Made by a program: the position numbers and the translations under genes. A model generated the notes under the pieces. The model searched no databases. It was not told the origin of the DNA and saw nothing but the letters and a program-made list of their open reading frames with translations. Positions 39,752 through 51,971 of a stretch of DNA of 64,000 nucleotides are shown in pieces. This DNA is from Paramoeba atlantica. Lineage: Eukaryota > Protista > Discosea. The stretch's first letter is position 1; each line of letters opens with the position of its first letter. The DNA lies in assembly GCA_977017575.1 (NCBI GenBank), contig CDRNVI010000074.1, positions 1 to 64,000 of the forward strand. Direction: 5' to 3'.

Positions 39752-42133
39752 ATGCAGTCCTCCACCACTTTTACAACTCATTGTCGTGACAGAATACACA
39801 CATTTTTCTCTAAACAGCTTTGGAAAGAAATATACTCGCCAGAGTTTCCACTGGGCACTCGTGGCATTTTTGAATCACTCGTCAGAAAGCCACGTATTCT
39901 AGATGTGTGCGAACTTGAAATCCGCAGCACTAGGAAGAAACATGTATGTCGGGAAAATAATCCCCGACTTTCTGTAATACGAGATCAAATAAGATCAAAA
40001 TGGCGAAATACCGTCAAATCAGTGCTTGACTATTGCATTTGTAGCAAGAGCGATTATCTGCCCATTGAAGGTTCCCTAGAATACAAGATTCATAAATTGT
40101 TTCGTTCTCCGCATAAAAGAAGTGCTCTCAGACACCTGCAGGACATAAACTTGCTCATTGGGAAATCAACGTTAAAATCTATAACGTTGTTATTTGCTGT
40201 TGCAGCCCATCATAATTTAATTTTTCCATCTGTTCTCCAAAAAGCCATCGAAGCTCAACTCAAAGACCTCTTACGTACGAGTTCTGCGACGGATGCCGTC
40301 CACATTCTCCGTTATCATTCGTCCAAATTTCCCCTGTCAAATTCCATGTTAATGCTGTTGTTAAATCGTGCAACGGCGTGCAGAGAAGAATTAGGTGCGG
40401 ATGACTTAACTGTAATACTATACGCGCTTACGATTCAGCCACTACGTTATGGGAGCACCAGTAGAGAATGGTTTCCACTGTTGCTGCAGAGTCTTCTATC
40501 GGTTTCGTGGTCACATTTTGATCACAGCAGCACACTTCGAGTGATATGTGCTCTATCCCGCTCAACTCATTTACTCTTTTTTACAGACCGCGATTTATTC
40601 GCGCTCTACAGCACAGTTCTTCAAAGTGTGTGTAGCCATCTAAAATCTCAAATTTGGGATGATACCTTCGGATTGAATAGTGTGCGTTTAGAGCCTAATG
40701 AGTGGCGGCATTTGTTATATGCTTCACGAGTTCTCTTAGCTTGCGGCCAACTGCAGTACGAAGGAATCAAAATACCCCGCAAGATGTTGAACGATATGAC
40801 GCGGACGATGTCGTACGCATTATTCAATAAGGTACGAAAGCACCTTGCATTTCCAAACGAAGATTTAACTTGGAGGTCGTACTCAGCACGTGCATTGCTA
40901 GCGCTTTCCTATTTTTGTGAAAAAAGAATCGTTTTGTTGTTATATGATCTCTGTTGTTCCCGAAACGCTTCGGAATTAAATCCGGGAGATGCATCCCGAA
41001 TCTTACGCGCCTTAAACAATGTCGGAATAGACACGCATAAGGAACAATACGATCTGTTATGGTATTGTCTCTTTCAGTATTGCTGTACATCTGACAATTT
41101 TGACAGGCTATTGCTTGCTAGTGGATCCTTATGGAACGCAAGCCACGTACGCCTTGACATTACTAGTCAACAGGGGACTCCAAGCATAGAAGTCTACAGA
41201 AGTACGCAACGGACAGTCGCTCTTCTACTGCACAGTTTCTTGTACTCTCCGGAGAGCGCTTCCCTGGATTTCGAAAATGCTGCAATCCGCAGGATGTTTT
41301 TGGATATTGGGGAGTACAGCGCTACCTACTTGGTTCAACCTGGGATGCACATCGAATCCAAGAGCTTTTACCTTTTGATTCAGCTAATAAACCCAAAATC
41401 TCTCGTAGATGTTTTGCGCACGCTTCGAATCAATCCATCATTGCTCGCGGAGGCATCCGAAGAAATTGTTAAGGGTTTAGAACGAGAAATGCTGGACGGA
41501 AGGTTTGTGTCCCAATTCATAGATTTTATTTATCATACTGCTTGCCAGAGCAATGAACTTTTAATGCGTCAATGGCCATATGGCATTGTCTCCTCTGCAT
41601 TGTATCTTGTGGAGAAGGAATTAACTTCTCGAGGTTCCCTATCGGTGATAGAGTTGGTTTTATCATGTGAACTCGTGTTTGCGATAGGCAAGTGTTTTCT
41701 CTTTAATCATGATCAAGCCCAGCCAATCGGAGTGGGAGATAGTCAGTTGCCTCATTCTGAGAAACTTTCATCCTTGCAGGAATCTACGCGTCGAATTTGC
41801 TATTTATCGTGTGGGCACGTGTACAGGTTGTTAATTCACTTTACAGAGAACATTCAGCGGGAACGCCCAGTCGATAGATCCACTTTTATTCTCACGTCAG
41901 TACCTAATCGTATACACGACATAAGAAATCGCGATTTCTCTTGCACAAATCACTTCCTGGAGAATGAAAAAGAAGACACCTCAAGTGCGTTTCAATATGA
42001 ATTTCGTTACTTTATTACATCGATCTTACCGCGACTGCTAAAATTGTTCTCCCAGATAAACTTTTGTCCCCCGCTTCACTTTCAACGAGAAATCGAAAAA
42101 CATATTTCGGACCTTGATAAGAATTTTATGTAA
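39752..42133 (+). CDS. Hypothetical alpha-helical repeat protein, 793 aa (FASTK/OPR-like character)
   Basis: Uninterrupted ORF. Leu-rich helices such as DLTVILYAL, TLRVICALSR and DASRILRAL. No firm family. Confidence 0.7.
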   Translation: MQSSTTFTTHCRDRIHTFFSKQLWKEIYSPEFPLGTRGIFESLVRKPRILDVCELEIRSTRKKHVCRENNPRLSVIRDQIRSKWRNTVKSVLDYCICSKSDYLPIEGSLEYKIHKLFRSPHKRSALRHLQDINLLIGKSTLKSITLLFAVAAHHNLIFPSVLQKAIEAQLKDLLRTSSATDAVHILRYHSSKFPLSNSMLMLLLNRATACREELGADDLTVILYALTIQPLRYGSTSREWFPLLLQSLLSVSWSHFDHSSTLRVICALSRSTHLLFFTDRDLFALYSTVLQSVCSHLKSQIWDDTFGLNSVRLEPNEWRHLLYASRVLLACGQLQYEGIKIPRKMLNDMTRTMSYALFNKVRKHLAFPNEDLTWRSYSARALLALSYFCEKRIVLLLYDLCCSRNASELNPGDASRILRALNNVGIDTHKEQYDLLWYCLFQYCCTSDNFDRLLLASGSLWNASHVRLDITSQQGTPSIEVYRSTQRTVALLLHSFLYSPESASLDFENAAIRRMFLDIGEYSATYLVQPGMHIESKSFYLLIQLINPKSLVDVLRTLRINPSLLAEASEEIVKGLEREMLDGRFVSQFIDFIYHTACQSNELLMRQWPYGIVSSALYLVEKELTSRGSLSVIELVLSCELVFAIGKCFLFNHDQAQPIGVGDSQLPHSEKLSSLQESTRRICYLSCGHVYRLLIHFTENIQRERPVDRSTFILTSVPNRIHDIRNRDFSCTNHFLENEKEDTSSAFQYEFRYFITSILPRLLKLFSQINFCPPLHFQREIEKHISDLDKNFM

Positions 42134-42510
42134 TTGTTCTAGGCATGTGCACGCAAACGCTGTAAAAGACCATCAGGTGACATTCTGGTATTAAAAAATA
42201 TTGCGGTGGTTGTATACCTACCGCCCTACCCTCGATTATTGAAAAGAAAAGTGAGCAAAAACGGAGAAAATATAAAGAGGAACACAGTAATATACAATAA
42301 AAGAAAAATATGTAAAAGGGGGCCCCGGTGGTCCAAACTGAAAAAAAATCAAAAAAATGAGGGGCCCTCCGCCTTCTCCCTTTTTGCCTTGCCCCCCCTC
42401 CCTCCTCTACTGCCTTGCGTGTCACACATTTCCAGGTAAATTTTGGCCTTTGTAGGTGTATTACCGGCACGGTGAAGCAATATCAAATGAAACCAAAGTG
42501 TATACAGGTA

Positions 42511-43172
42511 CCTTTACCCCCCCTTAGATATCCCACATTCCGTCTCCGAAATGGGCAGTTTGAGGATAAGTAACGTACTAGGATAAGCAGCATACTAGGA
42601 TAAGTAGCGTACTAGAAGAAGTTCGAGCGACCTTTGCGCCAAAAGTTGTTTTTAGCATGATACAACCGCGCCGAAAGTGTTCGAAATTTCTGGGATGACC
42701 AAAATTTTTTTTGACCCCAAAAAAAGCAAAAAGTATTCGCTGATGTATTTTTTTCGACGGAGTTGCACGCTGTCCAAGTGAGGCATTAAAATCAAGAAAA
42801 AGGGATAGAGCTGCCTCGGTTGGGTGGCTTGCGTACAAGTCTTATCATGGCCTTTTCTTTGATACATGCCTTAACCTTCATGGTCTTTACCTTCACCCTC
42901 TTTTGCCACGGATTTCTTAGGTTATCTCTCTTGTGGGCTCCCAACACCGAAGTCTCATCACCAGTCACAATAGTAGTGTACCCACCGCGGTTCCCATATT
43001 TAGCCTAGTACACCCCCTCTAGTTCTCCACTCGAAAAACTATCAGAGTACCTACAAAAACTGTCAGAGTCCGCCAGAAACTGCCAGAAACTGTGCACAGC
43101 TCTTAAAAAAATTATTACTGATTTTTTTAGGAAAAGATTCTGAAAATTTTCTCTGTAAACTAGTACGCTACT
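42511..43172 (-). mobile_element. pogo-like element, copy C (deleted derivative)
   Basis: Left TIR and three subterminal repeats as in copy B. Colinear fragments matching 35500-35810 in reverse. Confidence 0.75.
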
Positions 43173-43448
43173 GGGTAGGGTACCCATCGAAATTGTTTGA
43201 AAAACTAATGATTTGTCACTCAATTCGATTCGTACACCTTTGTTAATTTGTTTTTGTAAACACATCTGAAACAATATCGGGCACGAAATCGGGCCACAAA
43301 TCGGGCATTAAATCGGGCACTACCGCTCTACCCTCGATTATTGAAAAAGTGAACAAAAGCAGTGAAAATAAATATAAAGAGGAATACAATATTTACAATA
43401 TTTATTATTAAATATTTACAATATTTATAAGAGGAACACAGTAATATA

Positions 43449-44121
43449 CAGTGAACGTCACTATTCTGATAGTCGCTAAAAATGAGAATTGGGCTGTCAA
43501 CGTGCAACTCGCTAAAATGAGAATGTACCTTGAAAAATGAGAATGGGGCTTCGGCCACACATTTCAACGTTCAATTGAATTCGATACTTAAAAATGAGAA
43601 TAGAAAAAAAAAGCTTTCGTTCTCTCACTGATTAACTCACTGCTTCATCTTCACTCACTGGAGCGTATGCGAGAGATCAGTCCCTTCTCTTCTCCCACTC
43701 ATGAAAGGCACACAAATGTCTTAGTGAGACCGAAAAAAGAAAAGGAAAGAGAACATTGATTCAGGTGGCTACGAGTAATGAAACTTTGTTTTTCTGGAAA
43801 CAAAACGCTATTACACAAAAGGAAAACTGGCGCTGTTTGACTGCGCGGTGTTATTCTGATAGAGCGGCGGCTCTGTAAACCAAGGAGATAGTTGGAGATC
43901 TCTGGGGGTCATTTTTGTACACCCAAAGCGGCCAGTTGCTCCGTTGCTAACAATTTTCTTGCAAAACGTTATTTTTTTTTAAATGAGAATTATGATTTGA
44001 CCTCATGAACAAGTGCCTGTTCAACAGACCAATTCTGAGAATAGTGACGAAAAACGATAAAAAAGCCGTTTTTTTTGTGTCAACGTACAACTGAGCATTC
44101 TGAGAATAGTGATGTTTACTG
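43449..44121. mobile_element. TA-flanked MITE inserted into a hairpin-family copy
   Basis: TIR CAGT(G/A)AAC(G/A)TCACTATTCT with TA flanks. The host repeat resumes colinearly with the copy near 42283. Confidence 0.7.
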
Positions 44122-45591
44122 TAATAAAGGACAAAAGTATAAAAGGGGGCCCCGGTGGTCCCAAACTGAAAAATTCAAAACAATGGGGGTTCCATGGGGA
44201 GGTCCATGTTTTTGAAGCGTTATTTTCTGAAATTTTCAAAATCTTGATTTTCAAAATCGAGCGCAAGGAAATGGTAGAGTATGCCGCGGCGATGACTTTC
44301 CACCCCCATATTTGGGGGTGACCCCCCTGGTACGCGCAAGAGGGGTCCGACAAGGTCAAAATTTCCGAAACTTTTGGGATGACCAAAAAAAAAAAGTACG
44401 CCCTTTTAAACGAAAAACTCTGCCCCCTCTGAGAAATTCAGCTTTTTTCATGTGTTTTTGCTCATTTTTGTTGCAAACGAGAGATCTCGCTTCCCTCACG
44501 AAGGTGATTGCTGCCTTTTTTTCATAGGGAGACCCCTCGTGTCCCTGATCACAGAATTGAGCATTCCTGGAAAGCAGAAGTGGAAAGTTTTTTATATATT
44601 TTTTGTTCCAAGGTTTTAATCGACTAAAAATGGCGGGAACGTACAGATCTCAAAAATCTGAACGAAAATATGGTATCATAACCCTGCCATGCTCCCTCGT
44701 GCAAAAGATGAGGGGGGAGGTGCCTTATTGGTGGCCAGGGGTTTATTACCACTCCTTTCCATATTTCGAAAGGATGTATTAAATAGGATGCAAAAAATAC
44801 TGTCCCCCCTCCCCTTAAGTGCACCCAGTCAGACCCCCCCGTTTAAGCGCACATAAAGTTGAAGGGAAGAGTCCGGCGCCACAAAGCGGCGCCAATTTTT
44901 TTTGGTTCACCGGCACTATAAATGTAAGTTGAAAACAAAGAAAATCTGTAAAAATAATATGGCCCAAAAAGATTCAGGAAAAGGTTTTTGATTTTTCGTT
45001 GATTTCTTTTCTTGGTTTTTTTGCAGAGGTCCCTAAAACTATTTATAGATAGTTTATAGTGTTTCAAGAAAATTTATAGTACTATAAACCTCGTTTATAG
45101 TACTATAAACACTATACTATGAAATCTATATGGTGTTTATCAGTGTTTCATGTCCAGAAAGGCGCGCGGTAGACAGATCGTCGATGGACCTGGAGGAATT
45201 TCGCGGGGCAGGAGAGAGCCGACGAAGGTGTACAGGCTTAGAGGGGTCACGTGATGTCAGGTGGAGCAAGTGGTGTGCACACGCTGACGCGTAGAAAAAA
45301 GTGAAAAGAGTTGTAGTTTTTGTGCAGAAATGGAAAAAGACGGGAAGCTATAGCTCACAACAAGTTCTTCCCATAATGCTCTTTCCTTGTACCGTGCAAA
45401 CCGCGTTACAGTTGTACTTCAACCAGTTCCCGTTAGATCACTCGTTGGATCCTAGACGTGGCGTAATCAATGGCAAGATAAAACACAAAAACACATCGCA
45501 GAGCCTGCAAGATTCAATATCTGCAAAATTCATAATCTTTTGAAGAAATTTGAAGAATCACTTACCCGCTATTTCACATTTACACATTATA

Positions 45592-46768
45592 TAGTGGTTT
45601 CAGTTGATCTTGCCCCCCCTCGGAATTTTGATTTTTTTATCCATTTTTGCTCATCTTTGCAGCGTTGGAGAGATCTCGTTCCCCTAGCGAAGAGCTTTGC
45701 CGCCTTTTTTTCATAGAGACCCCCTGGTGCCCCCTGGGTCCGAAAAACACTGTTTTTTTTGGACGTTTTCTGTGTACACAACCATTTTTTGTCACATTTT
45801 CCCGATTTTTTGTACATTTTGAACATGTAAGTACGAGTAATAGTGTTCTAAATTGAGCATTTGAAAGCTCTATGTCTAGTACCATCCCTATCGCCTAATT
45901 TAATATAGTCAACACCTCTACATTATGCAGACCACACCCTCTAACCCCAAACAGGGGGAGTACAAGGATGAAATGACAAAAGAGAAGACAATCCCCCAAT
46001 ATCCCACAAAGGAACCGTGGCATTACCTCTTTGCGAGAGAAAAGAAATAATAAAGCAACACAAGGGATTAAGCATACATAAATTATCTAATAATTTCGGA
46101 CGTGACCGTCGCACCAGAAGAAGAATTGTTAACCTGTGGAAGGAAGAAGAAGATCTTACACTCCAAAAATCCCCAGGAAAAAAATCATCAAGGCGGTTTA
46201 AGGACCTTGTAAAAAAAATTGTGGATGATGAAAACGAAACGTACGATGAATACGAAATATCGTATTAAACAATTGTCTTGGCCAGCGAATTCGCCTGATT
46301 TAAATCCAATAGAAAATGTTTGGAAACAAATGAACGGTATCATAAAGAAAAAAATTAAGCCCCACAATCATGCTACCCTCGCCGATGCCATTAAAAAACC
46401 TTTTCAGATTCTAAAACATCCTCAAGAAAAACGTAAAGTGTGCAACACAATTGATTCAGTCCCTAATAGACTTCAAAAAGTGTTGCAAAACAATGGAGGC
46501 CATTCCGGATACTAGTTCTTTTCCTTCAGAGTTAACTTTTGGACATAAAATCCGTTTTTTGTTCCATTTTTGATAAGGTAAAAAAATGTCATTTTTTTTA
46601 TTTTGGTCAACTTTCGGGTCACCCAGGGGGCACCAGGAGGTCTCTATGAAAAAAAGGCGGCAAAGCTCTTCGCTAGGGGAACGAGATCTCTCCAATGCTG
46701 CAAAGATGAGCAAAAATGGATAAAAAAATCAAAATTCCGAGGGGGGGCACGAGCAACTGAAACCACTG
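45592..46768 (+). mobile_element. Tc1-like element with long TIRs (about 150 bp) and internally deleted transposase
   Basis: TIR begins (C/T)AGTGGTTTCAGTTG with TA flanks. HTH from 46017 and SWPANSPDLNPIENVW...GGHSGY ending at 46515. Confidence 0.85.
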
Positions 46769-47033
46769 TACTTCGGCAGGAAAGGCGACCTAAGAAGATA
46801 AGGAGTCTGGGCTGGAACACATCTGAAATTAAAGTAGGCCGACTTCCCCATCGACTTCAACGAAGTGTGAAACCACGACGCTTGTTGGGCATAATGATGA
46901 GAAAAATAGAGAGAAATCTTTCAAGAAAACGGGAGCGCTAAAAATTAATTGCGTCGAGTCGGCATTTCAAGCAATACTGTAAGCAAAACTTACTAAGAAA
47001 AATAGTAACAAAATATAGTTTTTATAAACTCTA

Positions 47034-47858
47034 GACACCAATAAGGCGCCCCCCCCCTTAACTTTTCAGTAAAATGTCCTTTTGAGCTGATTTTTGTTGT
47101 ATTTTGCAGATCTCAACACAAAGACTTTGCGCGTGAAGAAATGAAACAAAAAAGACGAATGCGTATAGTTGAAACAATAATTACCATTTTTTCACCTTTT
47201 CTCCTTTGTTCGCAACACAAGACTTTAGGCGAGCATCGAAGCTCAGAACCGAATCATCGATATAATTTTGGGGTAATTTAAGCCAAGCTTTACGTACAGT
47301 TTTTATTAGCTTTTCCTTAGTTGAAGGATTATATTCATCTACAAGATTTTGAACCGTGCTCCAAACGTTTTCTATTGGGGAGAGATCGGGGGAGTTGGGT
47401 GGCCAATTATTTAACAATTGCATTTTGGTTTCCTGAAGATACGCTTTTGTTACCTTGGCAGTGTGTGGTGTTGCTCCATCTTGCTGAAAAATACAGTTTT
47501 GAGGGAATTGTACTTTTTTTTAATGTATTGATGTACGAATCGCATGTAATAGAGTTCGATTGGAGAATAACAAGGTGTCTATAACCTACTCCCACGGCAC
47601 CCCATACATGACATTTGGGTGCCCAACGCACTCTTTGCCGCTTTGCAGGCGTTTTCCCAGGAGCTACCCACATTTTTTCTCGATGGTCATTTGTATCAAA
47701 CAGTTTCTCATCTGTAAAAACTAAACGAGAGGTGTCCCACTTTAATTTTTCCCAATGTATAGCAAACAACACCCTTTTCTTTTTCTGAACCTCCGTCAGT
47801 CCTTGAGCCAAAGGCCTTGACGCATACTTGTAGCCGAGGGTAAGTATACACTGTCGTT
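47034..47858 (-). pseudogene. Tc1/IS630-like transposase, 5'-truncated and frameshifted
   Basis: VFTDEKLFD, KCHVWGAVG, frameshifted FQQDGA, NWPPNSPDLSPIENVW. Homologous to 52680-53426. Confidence 0.85.
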
Positions 47859-48590
47859 CAGCTATCAGTCCCCCCCCCTTTATTTTTCGGTCCCTCGTCC
47901 GTTTGACCTAATTCCTGCGGCAAACGAGAGATCTCGATCCCTAGCCTATCTTTGCCGGTCTTCCTTTTTTGTAAGAACTTAATATACGCTTTTGGCACTC
48001 AAAATACTGTTCAAAAATGACATTTTCCAATGTACAGTCAAATTTTCCCTTTTTTTGTCATTGACACTACCCTTTTTATACCCATGGTGAGGAACCACAG
48101 AGCGAGTTACCTCAACTCGGAGCGTACGACGCTGGCAATGCGCATTTCGTTTGTTATTGAACGAAAATGCGGTGCTTCCACCACTTCCATCTCTAAAACA
48201 TATAAAATTGATAAAAAAACGGTACAAAAATGGGTAAAAATGTACGATGGAAAAATAAATGTGTTCAGAGTATTTAAAAAGTATGAACAAGGTGTTGGAG
48301 GACGGAGGGTGACATATTGGATATTAAGCTTGTCTTTGCGTTATCTTCTTTTCCTGCAGTGATTGTATTTATGGGGTTTTACTCGGCAAATATATCAAAA
48401 AATGGAACATTTTTTTAAAAAAATCATTTGTTCGGCTCCTTTTTTTCAAAAAATAACTCGATCCTAATGAGTCGAGAAAAACCAGTTTAAACAGCGGGAA
48501 ACGCACCTATGTAAAATTCTCTACACGTTCAAAAAAAAGATGATAAAAAACATACCAGTTTTTCAAATTTCGAAGGGGGACTAATAGCTG
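47859..48590 (+). mobile_element. TIR element carrying only a transposase HTH remnant
   Basis: TIR CAGCTAT(C/T)AGTCCCCC. SISKTYKIDKKTVQKWVK in ORF 48030. Confidence 0.6.
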
Positions 48591-49189
48591 ATTGCTAGTG
48601 TACATCATCTCAGAAATAGTATTTCTGAGCGGCGGACATGGTGGCATCTTTCTCTGTGGTTGGAAAGTCAACCGAACTCAAAGAAAATTTCCTCGTACTT
48701 TCTGTGACAATTTATCGAAAGTTCTAGGTCAGTGAGAATGCTACTCGCAAATCAAACGATACATGAGTATTTTCCCAAGTTTTATTTCACACCGGAAAAG
48801 AGCTGAAACATTGTTGGGGCGGTCCTCGTTTTCCGTGGAAGGTGCGCTTAAACGGGGGGGGGGGGTGACCGGGTGCGCTTAAGGGGGGAGACAGTATATT
48901 CATAGTCATAAAAAGTCATGAGAGCGGCTAGAAAAAAGTCGTGCTTGGTGGTCCAGCGTGGTGGAAATAGTGCCTAATCAGCGACAAGCTGGGGTGAAAA
49001 GTGAAACTCAGGGCCCTTGTCCGAAGTGGGGACTGAAAGGTTTAAGAGTATTCAGGAAAAAGGTGCTCTAATAATGTTCAGAAGATAAAAAAATGTTTGC
49101 AAAAAAATAAATTTCTCAAAAGAATCATTTACAAAATTACTGAGAGGAGTAGTAGTTGTTTTACCTTAAATTTCAGCATCAAACTTTGG

Positions 49190-50116
49190 ATGTTTCAATT
49201 TTTAATGTCGGATCTTCGTCCCTCAAGGATAGGTAAGATCACCGGACTTCATCCCTTGGAATTCAGCCTGTACTCTTTTTTCACCAACGTAACGCCAAAG
49301 CATACCTCGTGGAATCCATCATACGAAGGATGCACGTGGAAGGGCATAACGTGCAATTCCCAGCGCGTGATAACGCAAATTAGTTTGATCGGCCTTGGAT
49401 TTGGCGGCGAACTGAAGTGGTCTTCCATGCCTCAAACGGTTCAGCACCTAAAACTTCAATCTGAAGTGCGAGTCAACTGCTTTTCAGGAAACATCCCGTT
49501 TGCTTCAGTCTCACACGCACTTCTTGAGTTTTTTGTTCAGGGCAATCACTTTTCTGGGGAAGCTGACTTGGGTGCTTTACCCCCGTTTCTTCGCTCTTTA
49601 GATATCACATGTAACGATTTTTCTGGAAGCGTAGTGCTCAGTTCTCTCCCTTGTGATCTAACAGAACTGCGTTTATCGGAAAATCAATTTAAAGGAGCCT
49701 TGTTGTTTCAATTTCTTCCTCCAAACCTTCAAAAAGTCTTTGTCTTTAATAATCGATTTACTGAGTCTTTGCGACTCTTTTCTTTACCTCAAACGTTAAC
49801 CATGCTAAACGTGTCACGTAATTTTCTTAGTGGCAATATATCTCTGGATAGTCTTCCAAAGAGTCTTGAAATACTGCGGCTAGATTTAAATAACTTTTCT
49901 GGATGCGTAGATCTTCAAAAATTACCCGAAGGACTTTCACTTCTAAATCTTCGTGGGAATCAATTTACTGGGATTCTTGATCTTGGCCTGTTGCCCGGCA
50001 AAATGTTTTTATACGATTTTCGTGAAAACAGTTTCGACTCCATAACACCAATGTTTGTGCCAAAAGGAGTGCGAGTAGATGAAGCAATCTGCGATTGTTT
50101 GAGAACGACACAATAA
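49190..50116 (+). CDS. Leucine-rich repeat protein with plant-type LRRNT cap
   Basis: CTWKGITC cap and about 9 repeats of LPxxLxxLxLxxNxFSGxxxL. ATG at 49190 or 49205. Confidence 0.9.
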   Translation: MFQFLMSDLRPSRIGKITGLHPLEFSLYSFFTNVTPKHTSWNPSYEGCTWKGITCNSQRVITQISLIGLGFGGELKWSSMPQTVQHLKLQSEVRVNCFSGNIPFASVSHALLEFFVQGNHFSGEADLGALPPFLRSLDITCNDFSGSVVLSSLPCDLTELRLSENQFKGALLFQFLPPNLQKVFVFNNRFTESLRLFSLPQTLTMLNVSRNFLSGNISLDSLPKSLEILRLDLNNFSGCVDLQKLPEGLSLLNLRGNQFTGILDLGLLPGKMFLYDFRENSFDSITPMFVPKGVRVDEAICDCLRTTQ

Positions 50117-50197
50117 AATTACTGTGGAAGGAACACGGGGGGGGCAAGAAAATTGTTATATCTGCCATTTTTGGTTCGTCTGGACGTTTAGGCTAAC

Positions 50198-51700
50198 TGC
50201 GGTGGTTGTATAACTACCGCTCTACCCTCAATTATTGAAAAAAAGTGAACAAAAACAGTGAAAATATAATACAATATACACCCCTTAAAGGATTGCAGCC
50301 CCCCGCCCCTTCATTTTTGCCTCGTACGAGGTTTTGACCTAATTCCTCCGGCATTCGATAGATCTCGAAATTTGTCGTATGTTTGCCGAAGGAATCAGCG
50401 TAAAAAGACTCAAGATAAAAAAAAATGAGATTAAAAATACTGGTCAAAAATCGTCATTTTGACGAAACACCATATATTTTCCTAAAAAATAGTTTATGCC
50501 CGATATTCATCTTTTTAACCCACGACAAAAACATTTCTCTCGACCCCGGCACCTTCACTATGGACCTATTACTTATGATATGCGCGTAAAAATTGTTGTG
50601 GAGTGCAATAATTTACTTTCCATAAGCAAAGTGGCAAAAATTTTAGAAATTGACAAAAAAAACTGTGAAAAAAAGTGAAAAGTTACGAAGATATACAGAT
50701 TCTGTAGAAAACATTCTGTAGATTCTGTAGAAAACATGTGTAAGAATTATTTGAAGCTTATGCATCTGGTAATAGAGAATATAGGGGATCACGCAGGGTA
50801 CTAAATTGACGGTTTCGGCGCACTTTAGATTTTCTTTCACGAAACAATTGTCAATTTTTGGAGAAAAAAATTGTCAAAAATCCATATAATTTTTTTTTGA
50901 CCTAAGCCCGGCGTTTGGTTTTATGTGAACTAAACTGAGCTAAAAATAGTGGGAAACGCTCTATTTTTTTATTTTGCACATTCTTAAAAAAAGGATGAGC
51001 TCTCAACTCCACCTGTACGAAAATTAAGGGGGGGGGACTGCTATCCTTTAAGAGGTGTATAATGAGGAACACAGTAATACAGTGTATAATCGAAGAAAAA
51101 AAATTAAAGGGGCCCCCGGTAGTCCAAAACTGTCAAAAATATCGAAAAAATGGGGGGTCCAGGGGGGGGCATACATCACGATTTTTTTTAGATTTTTTTG
51201 CTTTTCAAAATCCAGCGCAGGGAAGTGGTAGAGTATGCCGCTGTGATGATTTTTCACCCCCGCCCCCCTACATTCGGGGGTGACCCCCCTGGTACGCGCG
51301 GGAGGGGTCCGACAAGTTCGAAAATTTCCGAAAATTTCGGGGTGACCAAAAAGAAACGAATTTTTGACCAAAGTAAAAATATTATTTTTCCAAAATCGAT
51401 TTAAGTGTTTGGGACCTCAGCTACCGTTCTACGACGTGTTTTTAACAGATTCGCTTCCTACCACTACTGGTAAGGTATCAAAAACGGCCCAAATTTGGGG
51501 AAAAAATTTCGCAATTCTCCCCTAAAAAACGGGCTTTTTCACGAAAAAAAGGAAATAGATTATTCATGATCTTTTGGTGAGCTTTCTTTTTTAGACGCTT
51601 CGTTAAACGCGGAGGTAGTTTTCAACGCGAAACGCGCAGCATGAGTGGCTTCTAAGTTGAAAACAACCACCGCGTTTAACGAAGCGTCTAAAAAAGAATT
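50198..51700 (+). mobile_element. Hairpin-ended element, copy 3, interrupted by a nested TIR element
   Basis: Terminal hairpin at 50198, body homologous to 4060-4390 in reverse, long hairpin at about 51585-51697. Confidence 0.65.
50279..51057 (+). mobile_element. TA-flanked TIR element with transposase HTH remnant
   Basis: TIR CACC(C/T)CTTAAAGGAT(T/A)GCAG(C/T)CCCCC. SISKVAKILEIDKK in ORF 50496. Confidence 0.65.
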
Positions 51701-51971
51701 ATGGTTACAGTTTGCAGATCTCAGTGTTAACATCGTGTTCTGAATACAAAAGTAAACGGCCTAGGGTGATTCTTTGAACGCCGAAAACAAGGATTTTAAT
51801 GTTTTTGCGAATCCTAAAATGGCCGTATGAACCTAATATGCCAGGTGTAACAGTTTTCGTGCCCCCCCGCCCTGTGTAGAGGGCCCGTCGGATGCTTCCG
51901 TCACTTCGTGGTAGTACAGACCGCTGTGCAAACGATCCTTGCACCACCCTTAGGGTGACCAATTATCTTTG

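Larger units (their letters stand above)
44800..48894. mobile_element. 4.1-kb TA-flanked TIR element containing nested Tc1-like elements
   Basis: TIR of about 55 bp, CTGTC..CCCCTTAAG(T/C)GCACCC.GTCA..CCCCCCGTTTAAGCGCAC. TA at 44798-44799 and 48895-48896. Confidence 0.7.

Noticed and set aside
43470-43600. AAAATGAGAAT repeats with variable spacers, CRISPR-like
   Set aside because: Repeat is only 11 bp, spacing is irregular, it lies inside a MITE and there are no cas genes.
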